NCBI GenBank assembly: GCA_026397405.1
Contig: JAPLUW010000001.1
Location: 171,138-235,137, forward strand
DNA from: Candidatus Adlerbacteria bacterium
Lineage (GTDB): Bacteria > Patescibacteriota > Minisyncoccia > Phycocordibacterales > SBAW01
Direction: 5' to 3'
Length of the DNA: 64,000 nt
Position numbers and translations under genes: made by a program. Position 1 is the first letter of the stretch. Each line of letters begins with the position of its first letter. Of this stretch, positions 19,545-29,443 are shown one piece after another. Under the pieces are notes generated by a model, which did no database searches, had not been told where the DNA came from, and saw only the letters and a program-made list of their open reading frames with translations.

Positions 19545-20987
19545 CTAGTCTTTACGCGCAAACAGGTTCTCCGGTTTTTTGTTTGCCACAACTGCGGCTT
19601 TTATTTTTTCTGACGTCTCAGGCATAAACGGGTTTAACATGCGGGCAATAGAATAAAGTTCTTGTGTTAGGTCGAAGATAATTTTCTTTGCTTGTTCGGG
19701 CTCTGTTTTTATAAGTTTAAACGGCTCGGTTTCTGTAATAGTGCGGTCGAGTGCTTGTACTTTTGTAAACACAAAGTCGAGCGCTTTGTGTACTTCAAAA
19801 CTCTCAAGCGCGTGCGTGTATTCTTCCTCAAACCCGGCAGGCTCCGGCCGTGTTCCTACATCTAAATGTTTTTCCGCCAATGTCATAATACGGGCCGAAA
19901 GGTTCCCTAGCCCGTTTGCCAAATTGGCATTATAAATTTCTTTAAAACTCTCTCGTGTTATGTCGCCGTCTTCAAACGGTGTTATGTGGCGCGCCAAAAA
20001 ATACCGCACCGCTTCACCGCCATACTCTTCTATAAGTTCTTCCGGGTCGATAATATTACCGAGCGTTTTGGACATCTTTTTACCACCTGACGTGATAAAC
20101 CCGTGTACAAGCAACGACTTTGGCAGCGGCACCCCGGCCGAAAGTAACATCCCCGGCCAGATTGCCGCATGGAAGCGCAAAATATCTTTGCCTATAACAT
20201 GCACGTTTGCAGGCCAAAATTCTTTGTACAACACTTCATCCTGTCCGTAGCCTAGGGCTGTTACGTAGTTGGCAAGCGCGTCGCACCACACGTACATTAC
20301 CTGGCTGTCATCGCCCGGCACGGGTATACCCAAACCTTGCGGCCACGCGGCTTTGCGCGGGCGCGAAAAACTTACATCTTCAAGGCCTTCGTTTTGTATA
20401 AACGAAAGGATCTCATGTTTGCGGCTTTCCGGCACAATACGAAACTCGTCCGTTTCTATTTTCTCTTGTATCTGTGGAGCATATTTTGAAAGACGGAAGA
20501 AGTAATTTTCCTCTTTAATGAATTCGGGCACCGTGCCGTGGTCGGGGCATTTTCCGTCAACCAAATCTTTTTCAGTAATAAATGCTTCGTGGCCCACACA
20601 GTACAGACCTTCATATGCTTTTTTATAGATGTCCCCCGCAGCAACAAGTTTCTGCCACAATGCTTGGGCGCCTGGCCAATGTTTTTTCTGGTCAGTGGTG
20701 CGGATAAATTGGTCATATGAAATGTCGAGGCCTTTGTAGAGCGAGGCAAAATTTTCGACAATACCGTCCAAAAATACCAATGGTTCTTTCCCCTCTTTTA
20801 CTGCCGAGTCCACCATTTTTTGTGTATTCTCGTCCGAGCCGGTTAAAAAATATACGTGGTCACCTACTAGGCGATGGTAGCGGGCAATAATGTCGGAGAG
20901 CGTTGTTGTATATGCATGGCCCAAATGCAATTTTGCGTTCGGGTAAAAAATTGGTGTGGTTATATAAAACGGTTTCTTTTCGGACAT
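19545..20987 (-). CDS. metG: methionine--tRNA ligase (short form, no C-terminal OB domain)
   Basis: FYITTPIFY, HLGH, KMSKT. Confidence 0.97.
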   Translation of the reverse strand: MSEKKPFYITTPIFYPNAKLHLGHAYTTTLSDIIARYHRLVGDHVYFLTGSDENTQKMVDSAVKEGKEPLVFLDGIVENFASLYKGLDISYDQFIRTTDQKKHWPGAQALWQKLVAAGDIYKKAYEGLYCVGHEAFITEKDLVDGKCPDHGTVPEFIKEENYFFRLSKYAPQIQEKIETDEFRIVPESRKHEILSFIQNEGLEDVSFSRPRKAAWPQGLGIPVPGDDSQVMYVWCDALANYVTALGYGQDEVLYKEFWPANVHVIGKDILRFHAAIWPGMLLSAGVPLPKSLLVHGFITSGGKKMSKTLGNIIDPEELIEEYGGEAVRYFLARHITPFEDGDITRESFKEIYNANLANGLGNLSARIMTLAEKHLDVGTRPEPAGFEEEYTHALESFEVHKALDFVFTKVQALDRTITETEPFKLIKTEPEQAKKIIFDLTQELYSIARMLNPFMPETSEKIKAAVVANKKPENLFARKD

Positions 20988-20996
20988 GTATTAAAA

Positions 20997-22073
20997 CTAC
21001 TTTGCTGCGCCGTTGTCTGCAAGGCCTTGTTTTGCAAGCGCCCGCTTTTTTTCGCGGTCGATGTCGGCGACATATTCCTGTATTGCGCCAGCAATTGGGA
21101 CCGAAAGTAACACACCCAAAAATCCCACTAGTTTAAAGCCAATGAGTAATGAGAGGATAACCAGCAGCGGCGGTACGCCCACCACTTTTTTAACAACCAC
21201 GGGATAAATTAAATGTGCCTCAAACTGCTGCACAATGGTGTAGAGGCCTGCAATAAGAAGCGCTTCTGTGACACCGCCCGTAGTAAAGCCAATTGCAATT
21301 GCAGGTATCATCGCCAAAATTTGGCCGAACACAGGAATAAGCTCAAACACAGCCGCAAGCAGGGCGAGCAGCAGCGCATGTTGTACACCCAAAATTAGGA
21401 GCCCTAAGTAGAGCAGCACGCCGACAATAACCGCGAGTATAAGCTGCCCTTGCATCCACTTCCCTATTTTTTCTTGCGAGCGGCGCCACAAGTTTAAGAC
21501 ATAGGCCTGCTCTTTTATCGGGGTGATAACGCGCAAAAAGTCGTCGACACCAGTTTCCTGCACTGAAAAATAAAACGAAAACACAACTATCAAAATAAAT
21601 GACGTAACCCCGCCAAAGAAAGCGGACAGTGCATTGAACGCGCCACCTGTTGAGTCTTGGAGCGAGATAGAAAGGTTTTGCAACACATTTGCCGAGGAAA
21701 GTGTGTCGCTGACGTTACCCCACGGAAGCAGGCCGTGCGTCGCATCGGAAATATTTAAATTAGAAAGTGTCGTCGGGAGCTGTGTCAGGAAATTTGCCGC
21801 GTCGCTCAAAATCGGCGGGATAAAGAAAAAGAGTACACCAAAAAATGTACCTATCACCACAAGGTAAATGGTGAGTACCGACAGCAGACGCGGGAACTTA
21901 CGCTTCATCAGGCCGTGTACACCTGGCTCTATAGCCGAGGCAATAACAACAGCTGCAAGCACAATAAGCACTATGTCGCGCAAAAACCACAACAAGGCTA
22001 CAAGCGTCAGAAAAAGAATCGTTTTTATGATGCTTCCCGACGTGATGTGGACGTTTATATCACGGTCTGCCAT
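20997..22073 (-). CDS. AI-2E family transporter
   Basis: ELIPVFG, QQFEAHLIYP, GFLGVLLSVP. Confidence 0.9.
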   Translation of the reverse strand: MADRDINVHITSGSIIKTILFLTLVALLWFLRDIVLIVLAAVVIASAIEPGVHGLMKRKFPRLLSVLTIYLVVIGTFFGVLFFFIPPILSDAANFLTQLPTTLSNLNISDATHGLLPWGNVSDTLSSANVLQNLSISLQDSTGGAFNALSAFFGGVTSFILIVVFSFYFSVQETGVDDFLRVITPIKEQAYVLNLWRRSQEKIGKWMQGQLILAVIVGVLLYLGLLILGVQHALLLALLAAVFELIPVFGQILAMIPAIAIGFTTGGVTEALLIAGLYTIVQQFEAHLIYPVVVKKVVGVPPLLVILSLLIGFKLVGFLGVLLSVPIAGAIQEYVADIDREKKRALAKQGLADNGAAK

Positions 22074-22091
22074 AGGCCAAATATAGCACAA

Positions 22092-23498
22092 TTAGGAGTT
22101 TATTTGGTTTTTGATGAACGCAGCCAAGTCAGAAACTGCCATGCGCTCTTGCTCGCCGGTGTCGCGGTGGCGCACAGTTACCGTGTCTTTTAATTCAGGT
22201 TTTTCTCCCAAGGTGTCAAAGTCGACAGTAATGCACCACGGCGTGCCAATTTCGTCCTGCCTGCGGTACCGCTTGCCGATGTTGCCGTTATCGTCCCACA
22301 TAATTTGTGGAATTTCTTTTTTAAGCGCCACGTACACTTCACGCGCTTTTTCTACCAATTCTGGTTTGTTTTTGAGCAATGGAAATACTGCCGCCTTTAC
22401 AGGAGCCACGTGTGGAGCAAGTTTCAATACCACACGCGTCTCCCCTTCCATTTCGTCTTCGTGGTACGCATCACACAATACTGCAAGGAAGACACGCCCC
22501 ATACCCATTGATGTTTCAAGAATCCACGGTATGTACTTCTCGGCCGTAGCAGGGTCGGTATATCGCAAATCAACACCGGAGAATTTCATATGTTGAGAAA
22601 GGTCATAGTCAGTACGGTCATGGATACCCTCAACCTCGTCGAACCCTGAAGGAAATTCATACTCAATATCCCATGCATCTTTTGCATAAAAAACAAGATT
22701 TTCGTGCTGCTTAAATCGCAGTTTTTTCTCACTGATACCGAGCGAAAGATACCAGTTCAGGCGTTCTTGTTTTAGCGCTTCGTACGCATTTTTATTTTCG
22801 TTTGGACGTATAAAAAGCTGCGTATCCGCTTGCTCAAACTCACGAGTTCGAAAGAGAAAGTTACGCGGCGAAATTTCATTACGAAACGCCTTACCTATTT
22901 GTGCAATGCCAAACGGAATCTTTGGCTGCATAGTGTCGACGATATTTTTATAGTCGAGATAAATACCCTGACATGCCTCCCCAGGCAAATATACAGGCTC
23001 ACTTCCCTCCGACGTAAAATCACCGAGGTTACTTTTTACCAGCAAATTAAAAGCGCGTGCGCGGGTAAAATCTTTTTTACCACATACAGGGCATTTGATT
23101 TTGTCGCGATACTGGTCAAACAAAGCATTAATTGAATCTTCGGACATTTTTTCATCCGCTTCAACATTAAGAGCTCCTAGTTCTTTGTCGACGCGAATAC
23201 GCGCGTGGCAGTTACGACATTCTGCAAGAGGGTCTGCAAAACCACCCACATGACCGCTTGCCTCCCATACTTTCGGATGTTTGAACATCCCAGCATCAAG
23301 ACCAAAATAATTTTCTTTACTATAAACGTTGGCATTCCACCACGACTTTTTTATATTGTTTAAAAGCTCTACACCTCGGGGACCAAAATCATAAATTCCC
23401 GCCAAGCCGCCGTAAATTTCTGAACCTTGGTATACAAAACCGCGTCGCTTGCACAGCGAGACTATTTTTTCCATCACGTTTTGTTCTTTTTCAGACAT
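22092..23498 (-). CDS. glyQS: glycine--tRNA ligase (homodimeric type)
   Basis: CKRRGF..SEIYGG, GKAFRNEI, RYRRQDEIGTP. Confidence 0.96.
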   Translation of the reverse strand: MSEKEQNVMEKIVSLCKRRGFVYQGSEIYGGLAGIYDFGPRGVELLNNIKKSWWNANVYSKENYFGLDAGMFKHPKVWEASGHVGGFADPLAECRNCHARIRVDKELGALNVEADEKMSEDSINALFDQYRDKIKCPVCGKKDFTRARAFNLLVKSNLGDFTSEGSEPVYLPGEACQGIYLDYKNIVDTMQPKIPFGIAQIGKAFRNEISPRNFLFRTREFEQADTQLFIRPNENKNAYEALKQERLNWYLSLGISEKKLRFKQHENLVFYAKDAWDIEYEFPSGFDEVEGIHDRTDYDLSQHMKFSGVDLRYTDPATAEKYIPWILETSMGMGRVFLAVLCDAYHEDEMEGETRVVLKLAPHVAPVKAAVFPLLKNKPELVEKAREVYVALKKEIPQIMWDDNGNIGKRYRRQDEIGTPWCITVDFDTLGEKPELKDTVTVRHRDTGEQERMAVSDLAAFIKNQINS

Positions 23499-23504
23499 AG
23501 AAAA

Positions 23505-25451
23505 TTACTGTTTTGGGGCGACCTGGCCCATGCCATCGGTAAATCCAGTTTCTTGTAGTGCTGTGGTTGGCCCTGCAGCAGTCGCCTGTACACCAACTTG
23601 TGCGAATCTATCTTGGCCCGAGAGGGTCGCTGGGCTCGTCAATGCCGGGGTCTGCCCTACTTGAGACAAGCTGGCAGAAAGCCCTACTTGGAACTGTACG
23701 GTGCGAGTAGGTGCAGAATACCCCGCCCCCGCTTTAATGTCACCAAGAGCCCACGTCACCGTACGGCTTGGCCCGTCGTAGGTAACACCACTCCCTGCAG
23801 GTGCCGCGATAAACGTAACGTACGGCGGCAGCGTTGCCGAGACGACTCCGTTTGCAATAGTATTTGAAGAATTCGTGACCGTCCAGGCGACAGTGTACGA
23901 CGTGCGCTGGTCGGCAACTGGCGGCATAGGCCCCACATTTTGCAGCGAGCCGCTAAAATGCAGCGCCTTGGCAGTGAGGGCAACTATAGACGACACAAGC
24001 AGCTGAGTTGTTGCCGCAGAAGACACCGTTTGCGGCACGTTGTCTTGGCCCTGTCTCACTCCTTTTATTTTAAGCGCGAGGTCGATGGTCGGGTTCGAAT
24101 AGAGCGTGCCTCCGGTTGCCGTTGGGAGGGTGGTAAAAGTAAACGTCAATGTACCAGTGCCTCCGGGCGGCACCGACGCCAATGCAGCCTCTTGGTCTTT
24201 TGACCACGTAATAGTGGAATTAGCCGACTGATAAAAACCGTTTTGGGAAAGGACCGAACCTGTGTCGAGCATTGGCCCCGACAACGACAGTGTTGCCTCA
24301 ACATTGGAAACAGAGTCGGGTAAATTGTTTGTCCAGGTGATAATTCCTTGCATTAAACCTCCTGGTGTAACCGCAATAGTTTTATTTGTTTTGCCGTTAA
24401 CCGCAATGTCTGCGCTGATAAATGCGCGCCGCACCGTAAGGGTTTGCGGCACCGAGAGGAACGGGACTTTTATCTGCGTGTCGGTTTGGTCAGAATCGGA
24501 GCCACCTAAAAAGTAAAAAACTCGGGCGTCGCCGTCTTGACCGTCTATAGTTCCCACAATGTGTATCGTTTTAGATACTCCCGGCGACATAGTCCCCAAC
24601 CGCCACACCGTTCCCCCGGCAACCGGAGCAGGAGCCGCTTTTGCAATCGTAAACCCAAACGGGTACTGTGCCTGGATTACCACATCACTAACCGGAGTAA
24701 GTGCATTGCTCTGCACCGTTAGGTCCATAGCAAATTGCTGGCCGGCAATTGCCTCGCTTGGTGCCGACACGTTAATAGAAATCGGCGACGAGCCCACTGT
24801 AAAATGAGTGGAGGCCTCTTTTTCAAACACAGCATTAGACCCTTCGATACTGTACTGGAGGCTTATAGTTACGTCCTGCGGCGTCCCTTCCTGGCCATAA
24901 AAAATTGCTTGCGCAGTGCGGGTTAATTGCTGACCCGCAGCTATGGAACCAATAGACACCCTGTCGTGTGTCAGTCCTTGCGAAGGAGCGAGAGGGTCAC
25001 GTGTACCTACGGGGTAGTTAATAATGAGGTCGACTAGTTTTAGGTTTGCTTGGTTGCGATTGTTAATGAGTACTTGCAGTGTCGTTGCCTTACCACCGTC
25101 AACAACCGACGGCATCACTACTTGCAGGTCAATATTTTGCGGCGAAATACTCCCTCCGCCGACAAACAACATGTATGCAGCAGCAGCAGCGGCAATACAA
25201 AAAAATACAACCGAGCCGATGAAGAATTTTGTCGTAAACGACATGCCTGGTTTTTTTATACGTGGGGTCAATGTGTATGTTTGGGCAGGTGCGTGGGTGG
25301 GAGTTTCAACAGGCTCAGTCCAATGAGAGGCTGTATGGACGTCACTAAACGTCAAAGGTGTACGTTCTGCCGTGTCCACAGTAGGCGCGTCTTTCCTTGA
25401 ATAGAGCGCGGTCTTAAGGCCGTCGATGGAGTCTTTTTTTTCGGCCGCCAT
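23505..25451 (-). CDS. membrane-anchored protein with tandem Ig-like (DUF11-like) domains
   Basis: Single TM then repeated beta-sandwich motifs (WRLGTM, TVTWALGDI). Confidence 0.75.
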   Translation of the reverse strand: MAAEKKDSIDGLKTALYSRKDAPTVDTAERTPLTFSDVHTASHWTEPVETPTHAPAQTYTLTPRIKKPGMSFTTKFFIGSVVFFCIAAAAAAYMLFVGGGSISPQNIDLQVVMPSVVDGGKATTLQVLINNRNQANLKLVDLIINYPVGTRDPLAPSQGLTHDRVSIGSIAAGQQLTRTAQAIFYGQEGTPQDVTISLQYSIEGSNAVFEKEASTHFTVGSSPISINVSAPSEAIAGQQFAMDLTVQSNALTPVSDVVIQAQYPFGFTIAKAAPAPVAGGTVWRLGTMSPGVSKTIHIVGTIDGQDGDARVFYFLGGSDSDQTDTQIKVPFLSVPQTLTVRRAFISADIAVNGKTNKTIAVTPGGLMQGIITWTNNLPDSVSNVEATLSLSGPMLDTGSVLSQNGFYQSANSTITWSKDQEAALASVPPGGTGTLTFTFTTLPTATGGTLYSNPTIDLALKIKGVRQGQDNVPQTVSSAATTQLLVSSIVALTAKALHFSGSLQNVGPMPPVADQRTSYTVAWTVTNSSNTIANGVVSATLPPYVTFIAAPAGSGVTYDGPSRTVTWALGDIKAGAGYSAPTRTVQFQVGLSASLSQVGQTPALTSPATLSGQDRFAQVGVQATAAGPTTALQETGFTDGMGQVAPKQ

Positions 25452-25470
25452 TCCAGAAGTATACAATACC

Positions 25471-26052
25471 CTACAGTCCGCTTGCCCCGAGAGACTCATT
25501 AATAACGCGTATAAGCGCCGGACGGAGCGCCCGCGCTTCTGTAGTTACCGTAGGAGAAAATTCATTGTTTGCAACAAACGGCATACTTATTTCAGTCTGT
25601 TCCAAATATCCCAAATGCGAAAGCACGCGCAGTACAAGTACGCATTCTGCATTCTCAATCTCTGCCTCATCCAAACCCCCTGCCATATACGCAAACCCTC
25701 CACGCACAGTTGTATACAATTCTGGCACTGGCTCTTCCCCGTTAATAAGCCGCAGAAGCAAACGTGCAACACGACCCGATGCCCGACGCTGTAAAAGTGT
25801 CTGTCCAAAATACGCACGCGACAACTGCTCGACACCGGTTAACTTCCATTCATAGCGACCACGCAGCATGGCAAACCTACCCTGCGTCAGGGGCTCCAGC
25901 CCGTAGCGCAACTTCGAATGTTCAACACGGGCCGAACGAGCCGACGCACGCACCAGCCCCACATCTTTCGTTAGGAGAAAGATACTCGTATTGGCCTCAC
26001 CAATACCACGCTTCCCAAGCACTATGCCGTCTGTTGCGACAATGGTATGCAT
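25471..26052 (-). CDS. recO: DNA repair protein RecO
   Basis: GIVL...GEAN...LLTKDVGLV.A.ARS.R...SKLR..LEP. Confidence 0.85.
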   Translation of the reverse strand: MHTIVATDGIVLGKRGIGEANTSIFLLTKDVGLVRASARSARVEHSKLRYGLEPLTQGRFAMLRGRYEWKLTGVEQLSRAYFGQTLLQRRASGRVARLLLRLINGEEPVPELYTTVRGGFAYMAGGLDEAEIENAECVLVLRVLSHLGYLEQTEISMPFVANNEFSPTVTTEARALRPALIRVINESLGASGL

Positions 26053-26053
26053 C

Positions 26054-29000
26054 TTACTTCACCACCAACTGCAGGTCCTCTAGGCCAGTCTGGGCCATAA
26101 GAGCTGTTTTATTTTTTTCAGCAACTATTTTTTCTTCCGCAGAAACTAGAAGTGTGCAAACGGGCCGGTCGGCAATAGTTAGTTTTTGCTCTTTGCGCCA
26201 CTCTTGTATACGGCGCGCCAAGTCGCGTACGACACCCTCCTCCTTTAATTCTGGAGTCAGTTCTGTGTCGAGCGAAACATCGTCTACTTGTGCGACATCT
26301 TCTACTACTTTTTTTACATTTAATTCGTCTTTAATAAGTGCGCGTAGGCCGTCGTCGTTGGGAAGTTGTTTTGCCACAAGCGCAGCAAGAGGCTGGCGAA
26401 TTTTTATACCCGCAGACTCGCGCAACTCCAACCCCTTAGACGCAACTTCGCGCACGCGGACCATGTCGGCAAGCAGCGCTGTATCTACTTTTTCTGCGGC
26501 AGGCCAAACCGACAAATGGACACTCTCTGGGTCACCTTCTTCCTTCATGCGGCCGAACAGCTCGTCGGCAAAAAACGGCATCACGGGCGCCATAGTGTGT
26601 GCAAGCGTGTGTAACACAAAGCGCAGTGTAGCGAGTGCCTGCACCTTCCCTTCCCCATCTGTTTTAAAACGGTCGCGAGAACGGCGCAGGTACCAGGTAG
26701 AAAGGTCGTCGATAAACAATGCGAGCGGGCGTGTCGCTGCATCAAGCTCATAACTTTCAAACCCTGCAGTAGTTTGTGTGGTCAACTCGCCAAGCCGCGA
26801 CAAAATCCATCGGTCGAGTGGGTGTGTACTTGTATTTGAACGCACCGTGCCGTCTGCATACAACTCATAGAAGGACACGACGTTGTCCAAACGCATCAGG
26901 AGTTTTTTTGAAACCTCTTCAACCCCTTGTTCTTTAAAACTCAGGTCTTCACCGCGGACAAGTTGCGACGACAGAATGTAATAGCGGAGCGAGTCTACTC
27001 CGTATTTGTCGATAAGATCAAGCGGGTCAGGATAATTTTTCAATCGTTTACTCATCTTCTTACCGTCGCTCGCGTTAATGAGCCCTGTCGTAATGACATT
27101 TTTGTATGGCGACCTCCCAAAGAGTGCAGTCCCGAGCACAATAAGCGAGTAGAACCAGCCGCGTGTCTGGTCAACAGCTTCTGCAATAAAGTCGGCTGGG
27201 TATCCTTTTGGCATCAATCCAAACATTTTTTTCGGATTGAAATTGTTTTTTTGAAACGGATAGTGGTTAGACCCGTACGGCATCGAGCCCGACTCAAACC
27301 AACAATCAAACACATCGGGGACACGCTTCCACTCACCCGCCAAAGAGTCCCCGAGCAGGATGTCGTCAATAAACGGCCGGTGCAGGTCAAGTTCGTACTG
27401 TTCGTTATGTGGGAACGGTACAAACGGTAATTCTGCGCACTCTGCATTACCAAGCATAGCTGTGCGGTAAAAACCTGTCGTCGGTTGGCGCCCAACTACT
27501 TGCTGCAATGCCCAAATAGCACCACCGTGCGAAACTACAAGTATGTTTTTGCCGCTGTAACGCCTCTCAATTTCAAAAATAAATTCGCCTACATTGCGGC
27601 AAAGTTCAGGTGTTACATGGGCTACTTCTCCCAAACGAGTGTCCACCATAACTGCAGACTCAGGCAGGCCAAACTCGTTCGCCAAGAGGTGCGCTGTTTC
27701 TTTAGTCCGGACAAAAGGCGACGTAACTATCATGTCTATTTTTTTTGAAGCAAGTGCTCGTGCGGCAGACAACACCTGTGCCCTACCTTTCTTGGTGAGG
27801 TGGTTATTTGGGTCACCTTCAATATCTTCTACATTGTCGACATTTGACTGTGCTTCGCCGTGGCGCATTACAAAATATTTGTTGCCTGAGCGGCGTACAA
27901 CCTGTAACAGCTCTTCAACAGAGCCCATCACTTTCAATTCTTTGGTTTTGCTGTGGCGCCAAACTGGTAGAGGTGCGCCCCAGTAACGGCTGCGGGAAAT
28001 TGCCCAGTCAGGCGCACTTTCAAGACCTTTTTGGAAACGCCCTTCTCCCGTGCTTTTCGGCACCCAAGAAACTTTTTTATTTTGTGCCAACAATTTTGGT
28101 TTTATTTTTGAAACACTTACAAACCAGGAATTTGCAGCCCAGTTGAGGAGCGGTGTGTCGCAGCGCCAGCAGTGCGGGTATGAGTGAGTTATTTTTTCCT
28201 GATGGAAAAGCAACCCACGGGCGTGCAGGTTCTCTACAATCTTTGCATCCGTTTCCATATGGCGACCTTTTGGTTTGACCGGGAGCCCTACAAAGTCGGT
28301 GACCGTTGCAATAAATTTACCTTCGTCAGTGACGTGTTGGATAAGCGGAATTTTTTCTTTCTGGGCAAAGATCAAGTCTTCTGCGCCGTAGGCAGGTGCA
28401 AGGTGGACAATGCCCGTGCCGTCTTCAAGCGTCACATATGGTGCGGCATATATTTTATACGCGTGGCTTTTATGTTTATGGAGCGTATGTTCGAAATAGC
28501 TAAATGGTGGCTTGTATCGTTTGCCTACCAGGTCTTTGCCCAGTATCTCGGCAAATATTTTTGCATCTTCGCCAAGCACTTTTGCCATAAGCTCTTTCGC
28601 AACAACAACAAAGCCTTCGTCTGTGCGGACTTTTACATACACAGCGTCGGCGTTCACTGCAGCCGCAGTGTTGCCCGGCAATGTCCACGGAGTGGTAGTC
28701 CAAATAAGTATGGATGTTTCCGGTTCGTCTACAAGTGGAAACTTTACTGTCACCGCAATATCTTCAATGTCCATGTAGCCTTGGGCTACTTCGTTGTTGG
28801 AAAGCGTCGTTCCGCAACGAGGACAAAAATGCATACCCTTGAAGCCCTCGTAAATAAGTCCGCGACTGTGCAAATTTTTAAACGCCCACCAGACCGACTC
28901 GGTATAGGTCGAGTCCATCGTCTTGTAGTCGTTCTCCATGTCAGCCCAGCGCCCGATGCGCGGGATGATACGCTTCCAGTCCGCAACATCTTTCATGATG

Positions 29001-29404
29001 CTTGTTCGAGCAGCTTTGTTGAAATTTGCAATGCCAAACTCTTCAATGTCGCGCTTTGACTTAAACCCCAATTCTTTTTCTACCAAGTTTTCAACCGGTA
29101 GACCGTGGCAGTCCCATCCCCAGCGGCGCGGCACACGGTACCCCCGCATTGTGCGGTAGCGAGGTATGGCGTCTTTTATTGTGCTTTGCAGCAAGTGCCC
29201 ATAGTGAGGCAACCCGTTGGCAAACGGTGGGCCGTCGTAGAAAACAAATTCGCCCTTGGGTGCAGGTTTTTCCAGCGTTTTTTTAAATATGTCCTGTGCT
29301 TCCCAAAAGCGAAGAGTCTTTTCCTCTCGTACAGCAAAAGCACTTTTTGGTTTATGCACCGCTTCTGGGTGCAGCTCTTCCCCGCCCTGCTTCAAATCAT
29401 CCAT
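26054..29404 (-). CDS. ileS: isoleucine--tRNA ligase (type 2) with inserted histidine-phosphatase domain
   Basis: DGPPFANGLPHYGH, WTTTPWT, DQTRGWF, KMSKR; internal RHG...SP..R..ET...SHG domain. Confidence 0.95.
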   Translation of the reverse strand: MDDLKQGGEELHPEAVHKPKSAFAVREEKTLRFWEAQDIFKKTLEKPAPKGEFVFYDGPPFANGLPHYGHLLQSTIKDAIPRYRTMRGYRVPRRWGWDCHGLPVENLVEKELGFKSKRDIEEFGIANFNKAARTSIMKDVADWKRIIPRIGRWADMENDYKTMDSTYTESVWWAFKNLHSRGLIYEGFKGMHFCPRCGTTLSNNEVAQGYMDIEDIAVTVKFPLVDEPETSILIWTTTPWTLPGNTAAAVNADAVYVKVRTDEGFVVVAKELMAKVLGEDAKIFAEILGKDLVGKRYKPPFSYFEHTLHKHKSHAYKIYAAPYVTLEDGTGIVHLAPAYGAEDLIFAQKEKIPLIQHVTDEGKFIATVTDFVGLPVKPKGRHMETDAKIVENLHARGLLFHQEKITHSYPHCWRCDTPLLNWAANSWFVSVSKIKPKLLAQNKKVSWVPKSTGEGRFQKGLESAPDWAISRSRYWGAPLPVWRHSKTKELKVMGSVEELLQVVRRSGNKYFVMRHGEAQSNVDNVEDIEGDPNNHLTKKGRAQVLSAARALASKKIDMIVTSPFVRTKETAHLLANEFGLPESAVMVDTRLGEVAHVTPELCRNVGEFIFEIERRYSGKNILVVSHGGAIWALQQVVGRQPTTGFYRTAMLGNAECAELPFVPFPHNEQYELDLHRPFIDDILLGDSLAGEWKRVPDVFDCWFESGSMPYGSNHYPFQKNNFNPKKMFGLMPKGYPADFIAEAVDQTRGWFYSLIVLGTALFGRSPYKNVITTGLINASDGKKMSKRLKNYPDPLDLIDKYGVDSLRYYILSSQLVRGEDLSFKEQGVEEVSKKLLMRLDNVVSFYELYADGTVRSNTSTHPLDRWILSRLGELTTQTTAGFESYELDAATRPLALFIDDLSTWYLRRSRDRFKTDGEGKVQALATLRFVLHTLAHTMAPVMPFFADELFGRMKEEGDPESVHLSVWPAAEKVDTALLADMVRVREVASKGLELRESAGIKIRQPLAALVAKQLPNDDGLRALIKDELNVKKVVEDVAQVDDVSLDTELTPELKEEGVVRDLARRIQEWRKEQKLTIADRPVCTLLVSAEEKIVAEKNKTALMAQTGLEDLQLVVK

Positions 29405-29443
29405 ATCAAAAATATAGCACTGTGGGGCTATTTTTGCCCGTCC

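Noticed and set aside
27420-27885. IleRS insertion as an intein
   Set aside because: No C/S start, HN-C/S/T end or LAGLIDADG motifs; histidine-phosphatase motifs are present instead
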